Part shown: piece by piece, positions 18,329 through 28,182 of the stretch
How positions within the stretch are numbered: the stretch's first letter is position 1
Layout of the letters: each line of letters begins with the position of its first letter
Origin: Nitrospirota bacterium
GTDB taxonomy: Bacteria > Nitrospirota > 9FT-COMBO-42-15 > HDB-SIOI813
Direction: 5' to 3'
Assembly (NCBI GenBank): GCA_016212215.1
Contig: JACRGV010000009.1
Location: 63-64,062 of the forward strand
Length of the DNA stretch: 64,000 bases
Program-made: the position numbers and the translations under genes
Notes under the pieces: generated by a model
The model's input: only the letters and a program-made list of their open reading frames with translations
What the model was told of the DNA's origin: nothing
Databases searched by the model: none

Positions 18329-20249
18329 TAGTCATAAATTGATCAGCCTTGATGTTTGTTAATTTCTGTACAATTCCAGAAGGCCATTGTATTGTAAGAG
18401 TATCAATTGATGAGGCGGTTCCGGTTCCGAAATGCACCGGGCCGCTTCCCTGAGAACGAAGTTCCCCTCCTCCGCCTCCGTTTACTTCCCTGAATTGATT
18501 TTTCCCGTTAATTGTCAAGGTAAGTTTCGCTCCAATTCCAAGACGGTTACTTTTCTTCCCTGCCAATTGAACCTTTAGATAGTGATTAATTTTATTCCTG
18601 TTATTCTTATAAAGAATCACAGGTCCATAAGCTAATGGGTATAGCTCACCAACGCCGTTCTTCAGGATAAGGTCAAGGAAACCGTCGTTGTTATAGTCCC
18701 CCCATGCAGCCCCGAAGTGCCGGTATGAGGCTTTATTATCATCAGTTCCTGTATTGCCTGCAACATCTGTAAATGTCCCATCACCATTATTTTTAAATAA
18801 TATATTAGGGGCACCCCCGGAAATATCTCCTCCATCTACAACGTATAAATCCATGAGGCCGTCATTATCGTAATCACCCCATAAGGCTGTTGAATGTGAT
18901 CCAATTTTATCCATACCGGATATAGTTGTTACATCACTGAAAGTCCCATCTTTATTATTTTTATATAGCGTATCTATGAAACCGGTATCAACGGGTTTAA
19001 AATTTGTTTTGATATTAGTTAAGCTGTTGTCACCTGTTATTTTACCGTAGAATATATTCAGGTTACCGTTACTGCTGTAATATACATGCCAGACATCAGA
19101 CTCATCTTTCCAAATATAAAAACCTATTTCTGATACCGGCAGGATAGTGGGAACACCTGTAAGCCGTTCATCATCTCTTGTTAAAGTAAAAGGCACTGTA
19201 GAAGGGGTTGTTTTCCCGCCCCCTAAAAATATTTTGTTGGGTTGATGTGTATTTTTAATTAATAGATCAAAAGTAACATTACTGCTTTGAGTCTCAAATT
19301 TAATTTCTCCTGCTAATAATTCTATCTCATCTTTAAAATGTATTTCTGATGGTTTTGAAACTAAATTGTGGTAATTAGTGTGAACACCCCGTGCAATGTA
19401 TAAGTCCATATAGCCGTCATTATCGTAATCACCCCAGGAAACACCATTCCCTATTTTCTTCAAAAAACCGGATTCTGATGTTGTTTCAGTAAATGTATGT
19501 GAAGACGGATTATTTTTAAATAACCGGTCATTGTTGATACCTACAACAATCAGATCCATTGTGCCATCATTATTATAATCCGCCCACGAACAAGTCTGGC
19601 CATCAATATTGTCTAACCCGGTTTCTTTTGTTACATCTGTAAATGTTCCATTTCCATTATTTTTATATAATACGCTGGTAGATGCATAGTTTAAAACAAA
19701 CAGGTCAAGAAATCCGTCGTTGTCATAGTCAACCCAGAATGCACTCCTGCCGCGTCCATCGGCATTTTCAACTCCGGCAGTCAAAGTTACATTTGTAAAA
19801 TTTCCATGTCCATCGCCTTTCCAGAGTTCATCAGTTTTGCTGCCGGAGCAATTACCGTGACACCCGCCGTTTGTTATGAACATGTCTAAATTCCCATCGT
19901 TATCGTAGTCACCAATGGCTATGCCGTGACGGTCCTTGCCTCCCACAGGACTAATGCCTGTATTTTTTGTAATATTTTTAAATTTATCATTCCCCTTATT
20001 ATCATAAAAGGTTAGCTTTTCCCAATGTTGATGTATAAGTATGTCCGGTTGATTATTATTATTGAAGTCTGCCCAGATTGGGTTAATAAAACTTAGGCCG
20101 GTCTTTGCCTTACCCAGCACTGTTAATGATGTGACATCTGAAAAGGTTGTTTGCGAATCCTCATTTTTTGGATCATTTAAACACCCGTAGATTAAAATTG
20201 GAAGTATGAGCAGAATAGAAAGATAATACAATGTATTAATATTCTTCAT
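18312..20249 (-). CDS. CRTAC1-family FG-GAP repeat protein with ASPIC/UnbV domain (probable lipoprotein)
   Basis: repeated WGDYDNDG..DL, LYKNN.DGTF.DV, NR.GIGAK, VHFG.G, QWPSG; LIYGC lipobox; ATG at 20249. Confidence 0.9.
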   Translation of the reverse strand: MKNINTLYYLSILLILPILIYGCLNDPKNEDSQTTFSDVTSLTVLGKAKTGLSFINPIWADFNNNNQPDILIHQHWEKLTFYDNKGNDKFKNITKNTGISPVGGKDRHGIAIGDYDNDGNLDMFITNGGCHGNCSGSKTDELWKGDGHGNFTNVTLTAGVENADGRGRSAFWVDYDNDGFLDLFVLNYASTSVLYKNNGNGTFTDVTKETGLDNIDGQTCSWADYNNDGTMDLIVVGINNDRLFKNNPSSHTFTETTSESGFLKKIGNGVSWGDYDNDGYMDLYIARGVHTNYHNLVSKPSEIHFKDEIELLAGEIKFETQSSNVTFDLLIKNTHQPNKIFLGGGKTTPSTVPFTLTRDDERLTGVPTILPVSEIGFYIWKDESDVWHVYYSSNGNLNIFYGKITGDNSLTNIKTNFKPVDTGFIDTLYKNNKDGTFSDVTTISGMDKIGSHSTALWGDYDNDGLMDLYVVDGGDISGGAPNILFKNNGDGTFTDVAGNTGTDDNKASYRHFGAAWGDYNNDGFLDLILKNGVGELYPLAYGPVILYKNNRNKINHYLKVQLAGKKSNRLGIGAKLTLTINGKNQFREVNGGGGGELRSQGSGPVHFGTGTASSIDTLTIQWPSGIVQKLTNIKADQFMTINEEE

Positions 20250-20289
20250 TATGTACTGCGTTGCTTTCAACTTAGCTTGCACTAAATGA

Positions 20290-22197
20290 TTACTCAACAA
20301 CTCTTAAAGTTTGGTTCGCCGGTATGTTTGTTAAAATTTGAGTTAATCCGGATGGCCACTTAATTATAAGAGAATTTACGGCCGTTGCAGCACCTGTTCC
20401 GAAATGCACCGGTACGTTGCCTTGAGAATGTAATTCACCGCCGCTGTTAACTTCCCTGTACTGGATTTGACCGTTAATATTTAATATCAACTTTGCACCA
20501 ATGGCAGACCGGTTACTTTGAGTCCCGGTTAACTTAACCTTTAGCCAGTGGCTATTATTTCCATTATTCCTGTAAAGGACATCACTGCCTGTTGCGAGGG
20601 GATATGACATTCCCACACCATTTTTCATGAACAGGTCTAAAAAACCATCATTATTATAATCACCCCATGCAGCACCGAAATGGCGGCTCTGAATATTGCC
20701 CGCATCAATACCATTATAAACAGCGACATTCGTAAATGTACCATTACCATTATTTTTATACAGGAGATTAGGTTTACTTCCTGAAATGTCTCCAGCCTCT
20801 ACAGTATATAGATCTATGAAACCGTCATTATTAAAATCTCCAAAGGCAGATGTTTGATGATTACCAAACTTCCCAACACCTGCTGAATCAGTAACATCAG
20901 TAAAAGTGCCGTTACCGTTATTTTTGTAAAGTGTATCTTTAAATTGAAGTCTTGCAGGGGTAAATGTCGGGACAACTGAGGTAAAACTACCATTACCTGT
21001 TATGACGCCATAATATACAGGCCACTTGTTATATCCGCTGTACCTCAGATGCCATGTGCCTGTATTATCTTTCCAGATATAATAACCTGTGTCTACTCCA
21101 CGGGTGTAAGCAGGCATTCCATCAAGCAAGGGGTCTGATGCAGATATTGTAAATGGCAGAGATGCAGGATTGGTTTTATTCCCTCCGATAAAAATCATGC
21201 CTTTTTGCGCGAGGTTACTAATATAAAGGTCAAAGGTTACACTTCCACTATTGGTAGTAAAATCAACGCCGTCTTCCAAGTTTTCCTCATCTAAGAATGT
21301 AATTTTAGATGCATTCCAGATTAAGACATCCCTCATCTTTTCTATCCCCCGTGAGACATGAAGGTCAGGCAGGCCGTCATTATTATAATCTCCCCAAGCT
21401 GTTCCCATTCCTATCCTCGGGAGAAGACCTGCTTGCGTTGTTATATCAGTGAAGATATGGGAAATGGGGTCATTTCTGAATAACCTGTCCTTTACAACCC
21501 CGGTTACAAGAATGTCCATCGCACCGTCATTATTATAATCTGCCCATGAACAGACCTTACCTGTTATTTTCATTAGGCCGGTTGCTGATGCAACGTTTGT
21601 AAATGTCCCATTGCCGTTATTCCTGTACATTACACTGTTAGTATTATAATTCAAGACAAACAGGTCTAAGAGTCCGTCATTATTATAGTCAACCCAGTAG
21701 GCACTCCTTCCTCGACCGGAGGAGTTTGCAACACCGGCGGCGGTTGTAACGTTTATAAACTTCCCCTGCCCGTTTCCTTTCCATAGTTCATCGCTCTTAC
21801 CGCCTATGCAGTTACCCATGCAGGCTCCATCTGTAATGTATATATCCAAGTTCCCGTCATTATCATAATCTCCCCATGCCATACCATGCCTGTCTACGCC
21901 TGTCACAGGAGTAATGCCTGAAGTTCCAATTATGTTAATAAACTTACCGGAACCATTATTCAGATAAAGAGATAGAGGCCCTACGTGGTGTTGAATAAGA
22001 ATATCAGGATTATCATCATTATTAAAATCACCCCACATCGGGTTATCGTAACTCGCCCCAACCTTCCCGAGTCCTGCTGAAGCAGTAACATTTGTAAAAG
22101 TTGCTGATGCATTAGTTACCTCAAATCCATAATTGATCAAGACAGATATGACGAAAGTAATCGAGCAAATAATAAAACGACACAGTTGTTTCTTCAA
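20290..22197 (-). CDS. CRTAC1-family FG-GAP/ASPIC-UnbV protein (tandem paralog)
   Basis: same repeat motifs, signal peptide, TTG start with GGAGG RBS. Confidence 0.9.
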   Translation of the reverse strand: MKKQLCRFIICSITFVISVLINYGFEVTNASATFTNVTASAGLGKVGASYDNPMWGDFNNDDNPDILIQHHVGPLSLYLNNGSGKFINIIGTSGITPVTGVDRHGMAWGDYDNDGNLDIYITDGACMGNCIGGKSDELWKGNGQGKFINVTTAAGVANSSGRGRSAYWVDYNNDGLLDLFVLNYNTNSVMYRNNGNGTFTNVASATGLMKITGKVCSWADYNNDGAMDILVTGVVKDRLFRNDPISHIFTDITTQAGLLPRIGMGTAWGDYNNDGLPDLHVSRGIEKMRDVLIWNASKITFLDEENLEDGVDFTTNSGSVTFDLYISNLAQKGMIFIGGNKTNPASLPFTISASDPLLDGMPAYTRGVDTGYYIWKDNTGTWHLRYSGYNKWPVYYGVITGNGSFTSVVPTFTPARLQFKDTLYKNNGNGTFTDVTDSAGVGKFGNHQTSAFGDFNNDGFIDLYTVEAGDISGSKPNLLYKNNGNGTFTNVAVYNGIDAGNIQSRHFGAAWGDYNNDGFLDLFMKNGVGMSYPLATGSDVLYRNNGNNSHWLKVKLTGTQSNRSAIGAKLILNINGQIQYREVNSGGELHSQGNVPVHFGTGAATAVNSLIIKWPSGLTQILTNIPANQTLRVVE

Positions 22198-22254
22198 TAC
22201 TTAGCCTCCTTTGTTATTAAAATAACCTTAGGTAAAAAAGGAATGGCAGTCACT

Positions 22255-24405
22255 CTATTTGACTTTATATCCAAGCAGCCATGCACTTGATTGGAATGAA
22301 GGAGACACTGTAAGGCTTTCATTGCTGATTACCTCTACAGCTCCTATGTGGATTTCTCCTGACACCTTGTTCCCGATATTAAATGTTTTAGAATAGGTTG
22401 AACCATTTGATATTAATTTGGACACGCTTTTCCCATCATCATAGAACAGGTAGGCATTAACAGGTACTGATGCAGGGGTAAATATTTCCATCTCAACTGT
22501 GACCTCATTGTTTTTATTCAAGATTGGTAATCCATCGGGTATATTACGGAGTTCTCGGGAGATGCCTGTTTCCCAAAAGACAACCCCTTCCTGATTTTTG
22601 ATTTTAACCCATTTTATTTTGAATTCCGGGTCCGGAGTTCCTGATGATGTCATAATGATTTCATTAGGCGAAATATGTGATACACTCCAGCTTCCATCAT
22701 CATTCTCATGGGCCTTAATATTGGATTTAATAGATATGTTGATATGTTTAGTAGTTGTGCCTAACTTTGCTTCGCCTGCCCCAATCCTTTCGACTTCAAC
22801 GTTTGCTATGGAACCATTGGCATCACCGGCTATATTCTGGAAAGAGATGTCTCCTGACAGGGTTCTTGTCAGTTCAGGCTGAGATGGTATTGTTATTTCA
22901 AAAAGGCTGTTGATTTTCAACAGCTTTTCTAAACTTATTGCATCCTTGATCTTATCAAGGGCTATATTTGACATTGTGCTTCCAGTCGTAAATGTCCATG
23001 AATAGTTATTTACCAATGCATTACCTGCAACGTCTTGAACCCCTGTAGTGATGGTTGCTGTGTATTGAATTTCGTAGCTAAGCGGGGCTGATGGTTTAAA
23101 TGTAGCAGTGCCGTTATTATAAGTAACATTTCCTGCTATCGTGCTGCCATCCGTTTTTTTCAAAGTAAATGTTTCTGTTGTTATGGTAAGTGGGTTCATA
23201 GCTTCAGAGAAGGTTGCAGAGACAGATGTATCAGCACTTATACCGGTAGAATTACCGGCAGGAGCAAACGAATCAAGAATTACTGCCGGTGGTGTGGTAT
23301 CCGGGGTTATGCCTGTAGTAAAGCTCCATGATTTGTTGGATGCCATATAATTGCCGGCCAGGTCCTTTACCCCTGTTGTGATTGTTGCATTGTAGGGAGA
23401 AGAGTCATCGAGAGAGACTGATGGGTTAAAAGTAGCAGTCATTCCATTGTAAGAGACATCTCCTGTAACATCGCTCCCGCCTGATTTAGCCAGAGTGAAT
23501 GTTGTTGTATTTACAGTGGATGTATTAATTGATTCGGAGAATGTTGCTGATATAGAAATGTTAGAAGGAATATCAGTTGTATTATTCTCAGGATATGTAG
23601 AGCTTACAGAAGGTGGTGTAGTATCCTCATCTAAAGCAGAACCGGTAGTGAAAGTCCATGTATAATCATTTGTCATCCCATTTCCTGCTGAATCTTTTAC
23701 TGCGGATGTAATATTTGCAGTGTAGTCAGTTAAATAACTTAATGGGGCTAATGGTTTAAAAGTAGCAGTATTTCCATTATAAGAAACCTCTCCTGTAACA
23801 CTGCTGCCGTCTGTTTTAGTTAAAGTAAATGTTGCTGTTGTTATTGTAGATGGATTGATAGGTTCCGAGAATGTTGCTGTTAAAGAAGCATTGGAAGCAA
23901 CACCTGTAGTATTTCTTTCAGGAGCTGTAGAATTTATAGAAGGAGGTGTAGAATCAGGCGCCGCATCTGTAGTAAAGCTCCATGAGAAACTATTGGTCAT
24001 GTTATTGCCTGATATGTCTTTTATGCCTGTAGTAATTGTTACTGTGTAAGTATTGGAGTGCAAAAGTGAGGCTGTTGGTGTAATGGTAACAGAGGTTCCA
24101 TTATATGTAACTATAATGGGTATATTAGTACCATTTGATGTCATTATAAAATTTGCTGTAATTAATGTGGATGGGTTAATCTGCTCACTGAATACAGCAG
24201 AGATAATTGTATTAATACCTACATCAGTTGAATTATTTGCAGGGGTTGTGGAAGTTACAGCCGGTGGAGTAGTATCAGAAGGTGAGGCACCTGCTGTGGA
24301 ATTTTGTGCACCTCCATTAATAGAACCACAGCCTCCGAACAGAGTCCCCAGAAATAATAATATGATTAAAACCTGTGCATAGGATAAAAGTGACCTCTTT
24401 TTCAT
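22255..24405 (-). CDS. lipoprotein with four tandem Big_5/SbsA-type Ig-like domains
   Basis: LFGGC lipobox; four repeats of DTTPP.V....P...ATFSE.IN...V.D.AGN...W.FTT; ATG at 24405. Confidence 0.85.
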   Translation of the reverse strand: MKKRSLLSYAQVLIILLFLGTLFGGCGSINGGAQNSTAGASPSDTTPPAVTSTTPANNSTDVGINTIISAVFSEQINPSTLITANFIMTSNGTNIPIIVTYNGTSVTITPTASLLHSNTYTVTITTGIKDISGNNMTNSFSWSFTTDAAPDSTPPSINSTAPERNTTGVASNASLTATFSEPINPSTITTATFTLTKTDGSSVTGEVSYNGNTATFKPLAPLSYLTDYTANITSAVKDSAGNGMTNDYTWTFTTGSALDEDTTPPSVSSTYPENNTTDIPSNISISATFSESINTSTVNTTTFTLAKSGGSDVTGDVSYNGMTATFNPSVSLDDSSPYNATITTGVKDLAGNYMASNKSWSFTTGITPDTTPPAVILDSFAPAGNSTGISADTSVSATFSEAMNPLTITTETFTLKKTDGSTIAGNVTYNNGTATFKPSAPLSYEIQYTATITTGVQDVAGNALVNNYSWTFTTGSTMSNIALDKIKDAISLEKLLKINSLFEITIPSQPELTRTLSGDISFQNIAGDANGSIANVEVERIGAGEAKLGTTTKHINISIKSNIKAHENDDGSWSVSHISPNEIIMTSSGTPDPEFKIKWVKIKNQEGVVFWETGISRELRNIPDGLPILNKNNEVTVEMEIFTPASVPVNAYLFYDDGKSVSKLISNGSTYSKTFNIGNKVSGEIHIGAVEVISNESLTVSPSFQSSAWLLGYKVK

Positions 24406-24487
24406 TCTCAGTCCCCCGCTTATTACCGTTGATTCATGTTGTATTTTAAGGGTTAACCATTCCAATTCTTTTAGTAATAAAATAGTA

Positions 24488-24503
24488 TGCAAATCTTATG
24501 CCC
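24488..24503 (-). promoter_or_regulatory. sigma54 promoter
   Basis: minus strand GGGCATAAGATTTGCA (GG-N10-GC). Confidence 0.6.
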
Positions 24504-24583
24504 GAATGTTGCCGGATATTATATGGCAAATGCTAATTATTTTGATATTTTTTGCAGGGGCGAAGAGGGTTTTTTACTGGAAT

Positions 24584-24625
24584 ATTTATCAGAGGCGGTG
24601 TTTATGGCATCCGCCTCTGATAAAT
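24584..24625. terminator. hairpin downstream of the 24654-25256 gene
   Basis: ATTTATCAGAGGCGG...CCGCCTCTGATAAAT, 15-bp perfect stem. Confidence 0.6.
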
Positions 24626-24653
24626 TATTAAAGAATTTTATGGCAGATACGTT

Positions 24654-25256
24654 CTATTGAGCTACGCGAATTGGCTGAACCTGTATTATGTCAATGCTTT
24701 CTACATCTGTGGTTACATCAGGTATTCCACTTGCATTATTCCGGTGTCTTGCTGTGTATTTTCCCCACACATCAAGCTCTCTAACCATTCCGGAGGCTGC
24801 ATCCGGTGTAACCATTATGACTACAAATCCTTCAATATGTGTATTAAGAGTTACACCCGATGGAAATAGTGACCTGATATCCTGACAATCCACTTCCATG
24901 GCCTGGTCCGAATCCAGAAACTCCTGTTTAATATTTGATATTGGTCCTTTTGTTGTTGATCGTTCAGGAAATGCAACCACGGCCTTTTTAAAGAAATCTA
25001 CCCGTTTTGCTTGTGGATTATGGATGTTTACTGCGGTCTTATACATCCCCTTTACCACATCCGTTCCTTCGATTGTTGCTGTAGATGGATTTGGAGTTGA
25101 CCCGCATACGAACTTGGTAGCATAAGAAAGATATGGTGGGTTGATTACTACTGCGGCTGACGGGTCTACCGCACTGCTTGGAGTAACAACTCCTAGTAAT
25201 CCTATGAGTGTACCTGCCAGAGTAAGACTTAAAGCTAATTTACCTTTTTTATTCAT
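24654..25256 (-). CDS. secreted hypothetical protein
   Basis: signal peptide, GGAGAG RBS, YATKFVCG and YKTAVNIHNP segments. Confidence 0.75.
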   Translation of the reverse strand: MNKKGKLALSLTLAGTLIGLLGVVTPSSAVDPSAAVVINPPYLSYATKFVCGSTPNPSTATIEGTDVVKGMYKTAVNIHNPQAKRVDFFKKAVVAFPERSTTKGPISNIKQEFLDSDQAMEVDCQDIRSLFPSGVTLNTHIEGFVVIMVTPDAASGMVRELDVWGKYTARHRNNASGIPDVTTDVESIDIIQVQPIRVAQ

Positions 25257-25387
25257 GTGTCTCTCCTTTCCTATTTAACTGTATAATTTCCATCTTGGAA
25301 ATAAATAAGGCAATAATTAATGATGAAGCACCTCTGTCCGTTTCACCCCCTTTCTAATAACATTTCCTATATCCTAATAAAAGATAA

Positions 25388-25403
25388 TGCATTTTTAATG
25401 CCA
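25388..25403 (-). promoter_or_regulatory. sigma54 promoter
   Basis: minus strand TGGCATTAAAAATGCA. Confidence 0.7.
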
Positions 25404-25499
25404 ATATAATATAATCAAAAAGCCCTTATTCATTCGGCTGGTAAGTGTTTGAACTTGATTGAGGTTATAACACCTCAAAAAATGTATCGTGAATGTAAC

Positions 25500-25821
25500 T
25501 GTTAAAATAAATTACACCTCTCAATTTATTGCATATCTAATTGATATATAAGAATAATAATATATAAGTTAAATTGAAAAAGGCTCTTTTATAATAATTA
25601 AGTGACAGAAAAATTAACACTAATAGTATCGTTTATAACTAATTGAAAATGCAGTAGAATTAGTTATTAATTGAGAGAAATATATGTTTAAGGGGGGTGT
25701 TTATATGTATTTAAGTGACAGCTTTTTTTACAGTTCAATTATGAGCATGTTGGTCAAAGAAAAAATATTCTTTATAAATCAATAGATTATGTTTATAATA
25801 ATATCTGGTATAAAAAATGCA
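25500..25821 (+). promoter_or_regulatory. sigma54 promoter with enhancer boxes and IHF site upstream of the PEP-CTERM gene
   Basis: TG(T/A)-N11-ACA at 25500, ~25603 and ~25716; IHF consensus AATCAATAGATTA at 25777-25789; TGGTATAAAAAATGCA at 25806-25821. Confidence 0.7.
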
Positions 25822-25931
25822 TCAAAAATATTTATAAATTCAGCTATAGAGTTTCAGCATAAGACTCTGCTGAACGGGTAAAATATAAATAATGTTTAAC
25901 AATGAAGAATTTTCAACAAGGGGGATTGAAC

Positions 25932-26729
25932 ATGCGAGGTATTTGGAAAAAGACTATAGTTATTGCGGGGGTTATATTTGGACTTTCATCGGGAATATCG
26001 TATGCTGTTCCAACTGTCCCTCATGAGTTGCTCACAAACGGTGATTTTGCCAGCGGGGCTTTAAGTCCTTGGACTAAAGCATCTGTGGCAGTTGGTACAA
26101 CTGATCCGAATGTAAAAACATTATTAGATAGTGAAATCACATTGATGGATAGTGTTGATAATGCCCCTAATTCTATTGTTGATGCAGGGGGGCATCATGT
26201 CCATGGTCCGGTTTATGTAAGAAGCGGGAGTAGTGATAATTATTTTGTAAGAGGCGGGATACCCAGTAATGAAACCGGTACTCCTCAATTGACAGGCTAT
26301 AGAGTTATTCAATCAAATGACTTCACTATCCCTACCCACACAATAAATACAGATGTATCTTTCTATTGGCGGCTTATGACATGGGATTCAAGTGCTAATG
26401 ATACTACTTGGGCAGTTATAAGAAAATCAGATGATAGTTACGTTGCCCAACCTTGTGGTCAAAAAGGGGGGCTTGATAGAGGAGGACTCCAGGACACTGG
26501 ATGGAAGAATTGTAGTAAGACGTATGATACTACAATATTGACCCCAGGTGAAACATATTTCCTTAGGATGACGCTTTTTACCAACAATGATACTTCTTAT
26601 CCTTCATGGGGTTATGCTGATAGTGTGTCAGTAAAAGCTAATGTTGTACCGGAACCTGCAACGATATTATTACTTGGCGGGGCGTTAGTTGGAATGGGAT
26701 TACTTAAAGGAAGAAGGAAGAATAGTTAG
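25932..26729 (+). CDS. PEP-CTERM sorting-domain protein
   Basis: signal peptide; C-terminal VPEPATILLLGGALVGMGLLKGRRK; start at ATG 25932 (or 25902). Confidence 0.92.
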   Translation: MRGIWKKTIVIAGVIFGLSSGISYAVPTVPHELLTNGDFASGALSPWTKASVAVGTTDPNVKTLLDSEITLMDSVDNAPNSIVDAGGHHVHGPVYVRSGSSDNYFVRGGIPSNETGTPQLTGYRVIQSNDFTIPTHTINTDVSFYWRLMTWDSSANDTTWAVIRKSDDSYVAQPCGQKGGLDRGGLQDTGWKNCSKTYDTTILTPGETYFLRMTLFTNNDTSYPSWGYADSVSVKANVVPEPATILLLGGALVGMGLLKGRRKNS

Positions 26730-26761
26730 TTCTTACTTATAAACATTAGAGGAGAAAATGC

Positions 26762-27550
26762 ATGCCGAGCATTAGTCTTGTATTTCCAGCTTATAATGAA
26801 GAAGAGAATATAGTTCAGGCAGTGAAGCAGGCACAGAAGGTTCTCAGCAGGATTGCATCGCCTTGGGAAGTTATAGTTGTTAATGATGGTAGTAAGGACA
26901 AAACAGGAGAGATTATTAATAAACTCTCTAAAAACGACAGCCATGTAAAACCGATTCATCATCCGACTAATTTCGGTTATGGGGCAGCGTTAAAGTCTGG
27001 AATCACTGCGGCCAGATATGATTATGTATTTTTTTGTGATTCTGACCTGCAGTTTGATCTGAAGGAGCTGCCTACTTTTTTAAAACTTATCAGTGATTGC
27101 GACATTGTTATAGGCTACCGTGCAAAACGTCAGGACCCATTTCATAGAAAATTTAATGCATGGGGCTGGAAGATGTTAATCAGGCTTGTGCTTGGGTTGA
27201 AGGTTAAAGATCTTGACTGTGCCTTCAAGCTATTCAGGAGAGAAGTTTTTGACACGATCAAGATTGATGCGGTAGGTGCTATGGTAAATACAGATATACT
27301 TGTACAGTCTCAGAGGTATGGGTTTGAAATGAAACAACATCCTGTGACACATTATCCCCGTTTAAATGGAAAACAGACAGGTGCCAATATCAAGGTGGTA
27401 ATGAAGGCATTCCGTGAATTATGTTCTTTGTATAAAAAATTAAAAGATATCAAACCTGTTGAAGTGCTTGAGTATAAGTTAACAAGAATGGAGGGTGCAA
27501 GATTTAGCAGCGCAAATAGAAGAAAAATCGACAGGAAAGTTGCTGGTTAG
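26762..27550 (+). CDS. glycosyltransferase family 2 (DPM1-like)
   Basis: PAYNEE, VNDGSKD, N.GYGAA, DSDLQ, D.DCAFKL. Confidence 0.92.
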   Translation: MPSISLVFPAYNEEENIVQAVKQAQKVLSRIASPWEVIVVNDGSKDKTGEIINKLSKNDSHVKPIHHPTNFGYGAALKSGITAARYDYVFFCDSDLQFDLKELPTFLKLISDCDIVIGYRAKRQDPFHRKFNAWGWKMLIRLVLGLKVKDLDCAFKLFRREVFDTIKIDAVGAMVNTDILVQSQRYGFEMKQHPVTHYPRLNGKQTGANIKVVMKAFRELCSLYKKLKDIKPVEVLEYKLTRMEGARFSSANRRKIDRKVAG

Positions 27551-27644
27551 CATTTCTCCTTCAAATTCAGTAGAATGGACACAGGTGATCAGTTATCACC
27601 AGATAAATCATTAAAACAGCGAAAAAAATATAGGGGGGCGTAAT

Positions 27645-28091
27645 ATGAAAAAGAAAAAGATTTTATTGTTTAGTATATTTGTTTTATTAGTTTCATTGTG
27701 GTCTGTTGATAGTCATGCAGTTACAAGACGTGTAGGCAGCCTTGAATTTACCTGCAATGGACCTTGTGCGCCGGTTGGAATGGTTATCTTGAATCACTTA
27801 GATACACTAAGGCCATCTATAAACTTCCCTTTATCATCAGGTTCTACAGGAGTCGGTGAATTTACAACTCCTTGGGGAATAGTTATTCAAGGAAGTGTTA
27901 TTATTGGCGACACACTAATTAATATAACTAACACAGATAATCTGCTGCCTCTTAGTATAAATGTAAAATTGTATGATAAAGATGGGGTTATTGGTACTGG
28001 TTGCAGTAAAACTCTTAATATCGGTGCAAATAAAACGATCTTACTCGCTACAAGGACTTGGATGTCAACATGTCCGTTAGTTATTCCTTAG
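27645..28091 (+). CDS. secreted hypothetical protein
   Basis: signal peptide ending SHA, four Cys. Confidence 0.7.
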   Translation: MKKKKILLFSIFVLLVSLWSVDSHAVTRRVGSLEFTCNGPCAPVGMVILNHLDTLRPSINFPLSSGSTGVGEFTTPWGIVIQGSVIIGDTLINITNTDNLLPLSINVKLYDKDGVIGTGCSKTLNIGANKTILLATRTWMSTCPLVIP

Positions 28092-28182
28092 TTTAGTAAT
28101 AATATTATGCGGCAAATGACCTAAACTATGCGGTATGGTTTCCATGAGATGTATTTAGTAAGGAAAATACAGTGGATTAAAT

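Noticed and set aside
22598..24382. Plus-strand ORFs over the Ig-like gene
   Set aside because: Antisense shadows of a Thr/Ser-rich repetitive gene.
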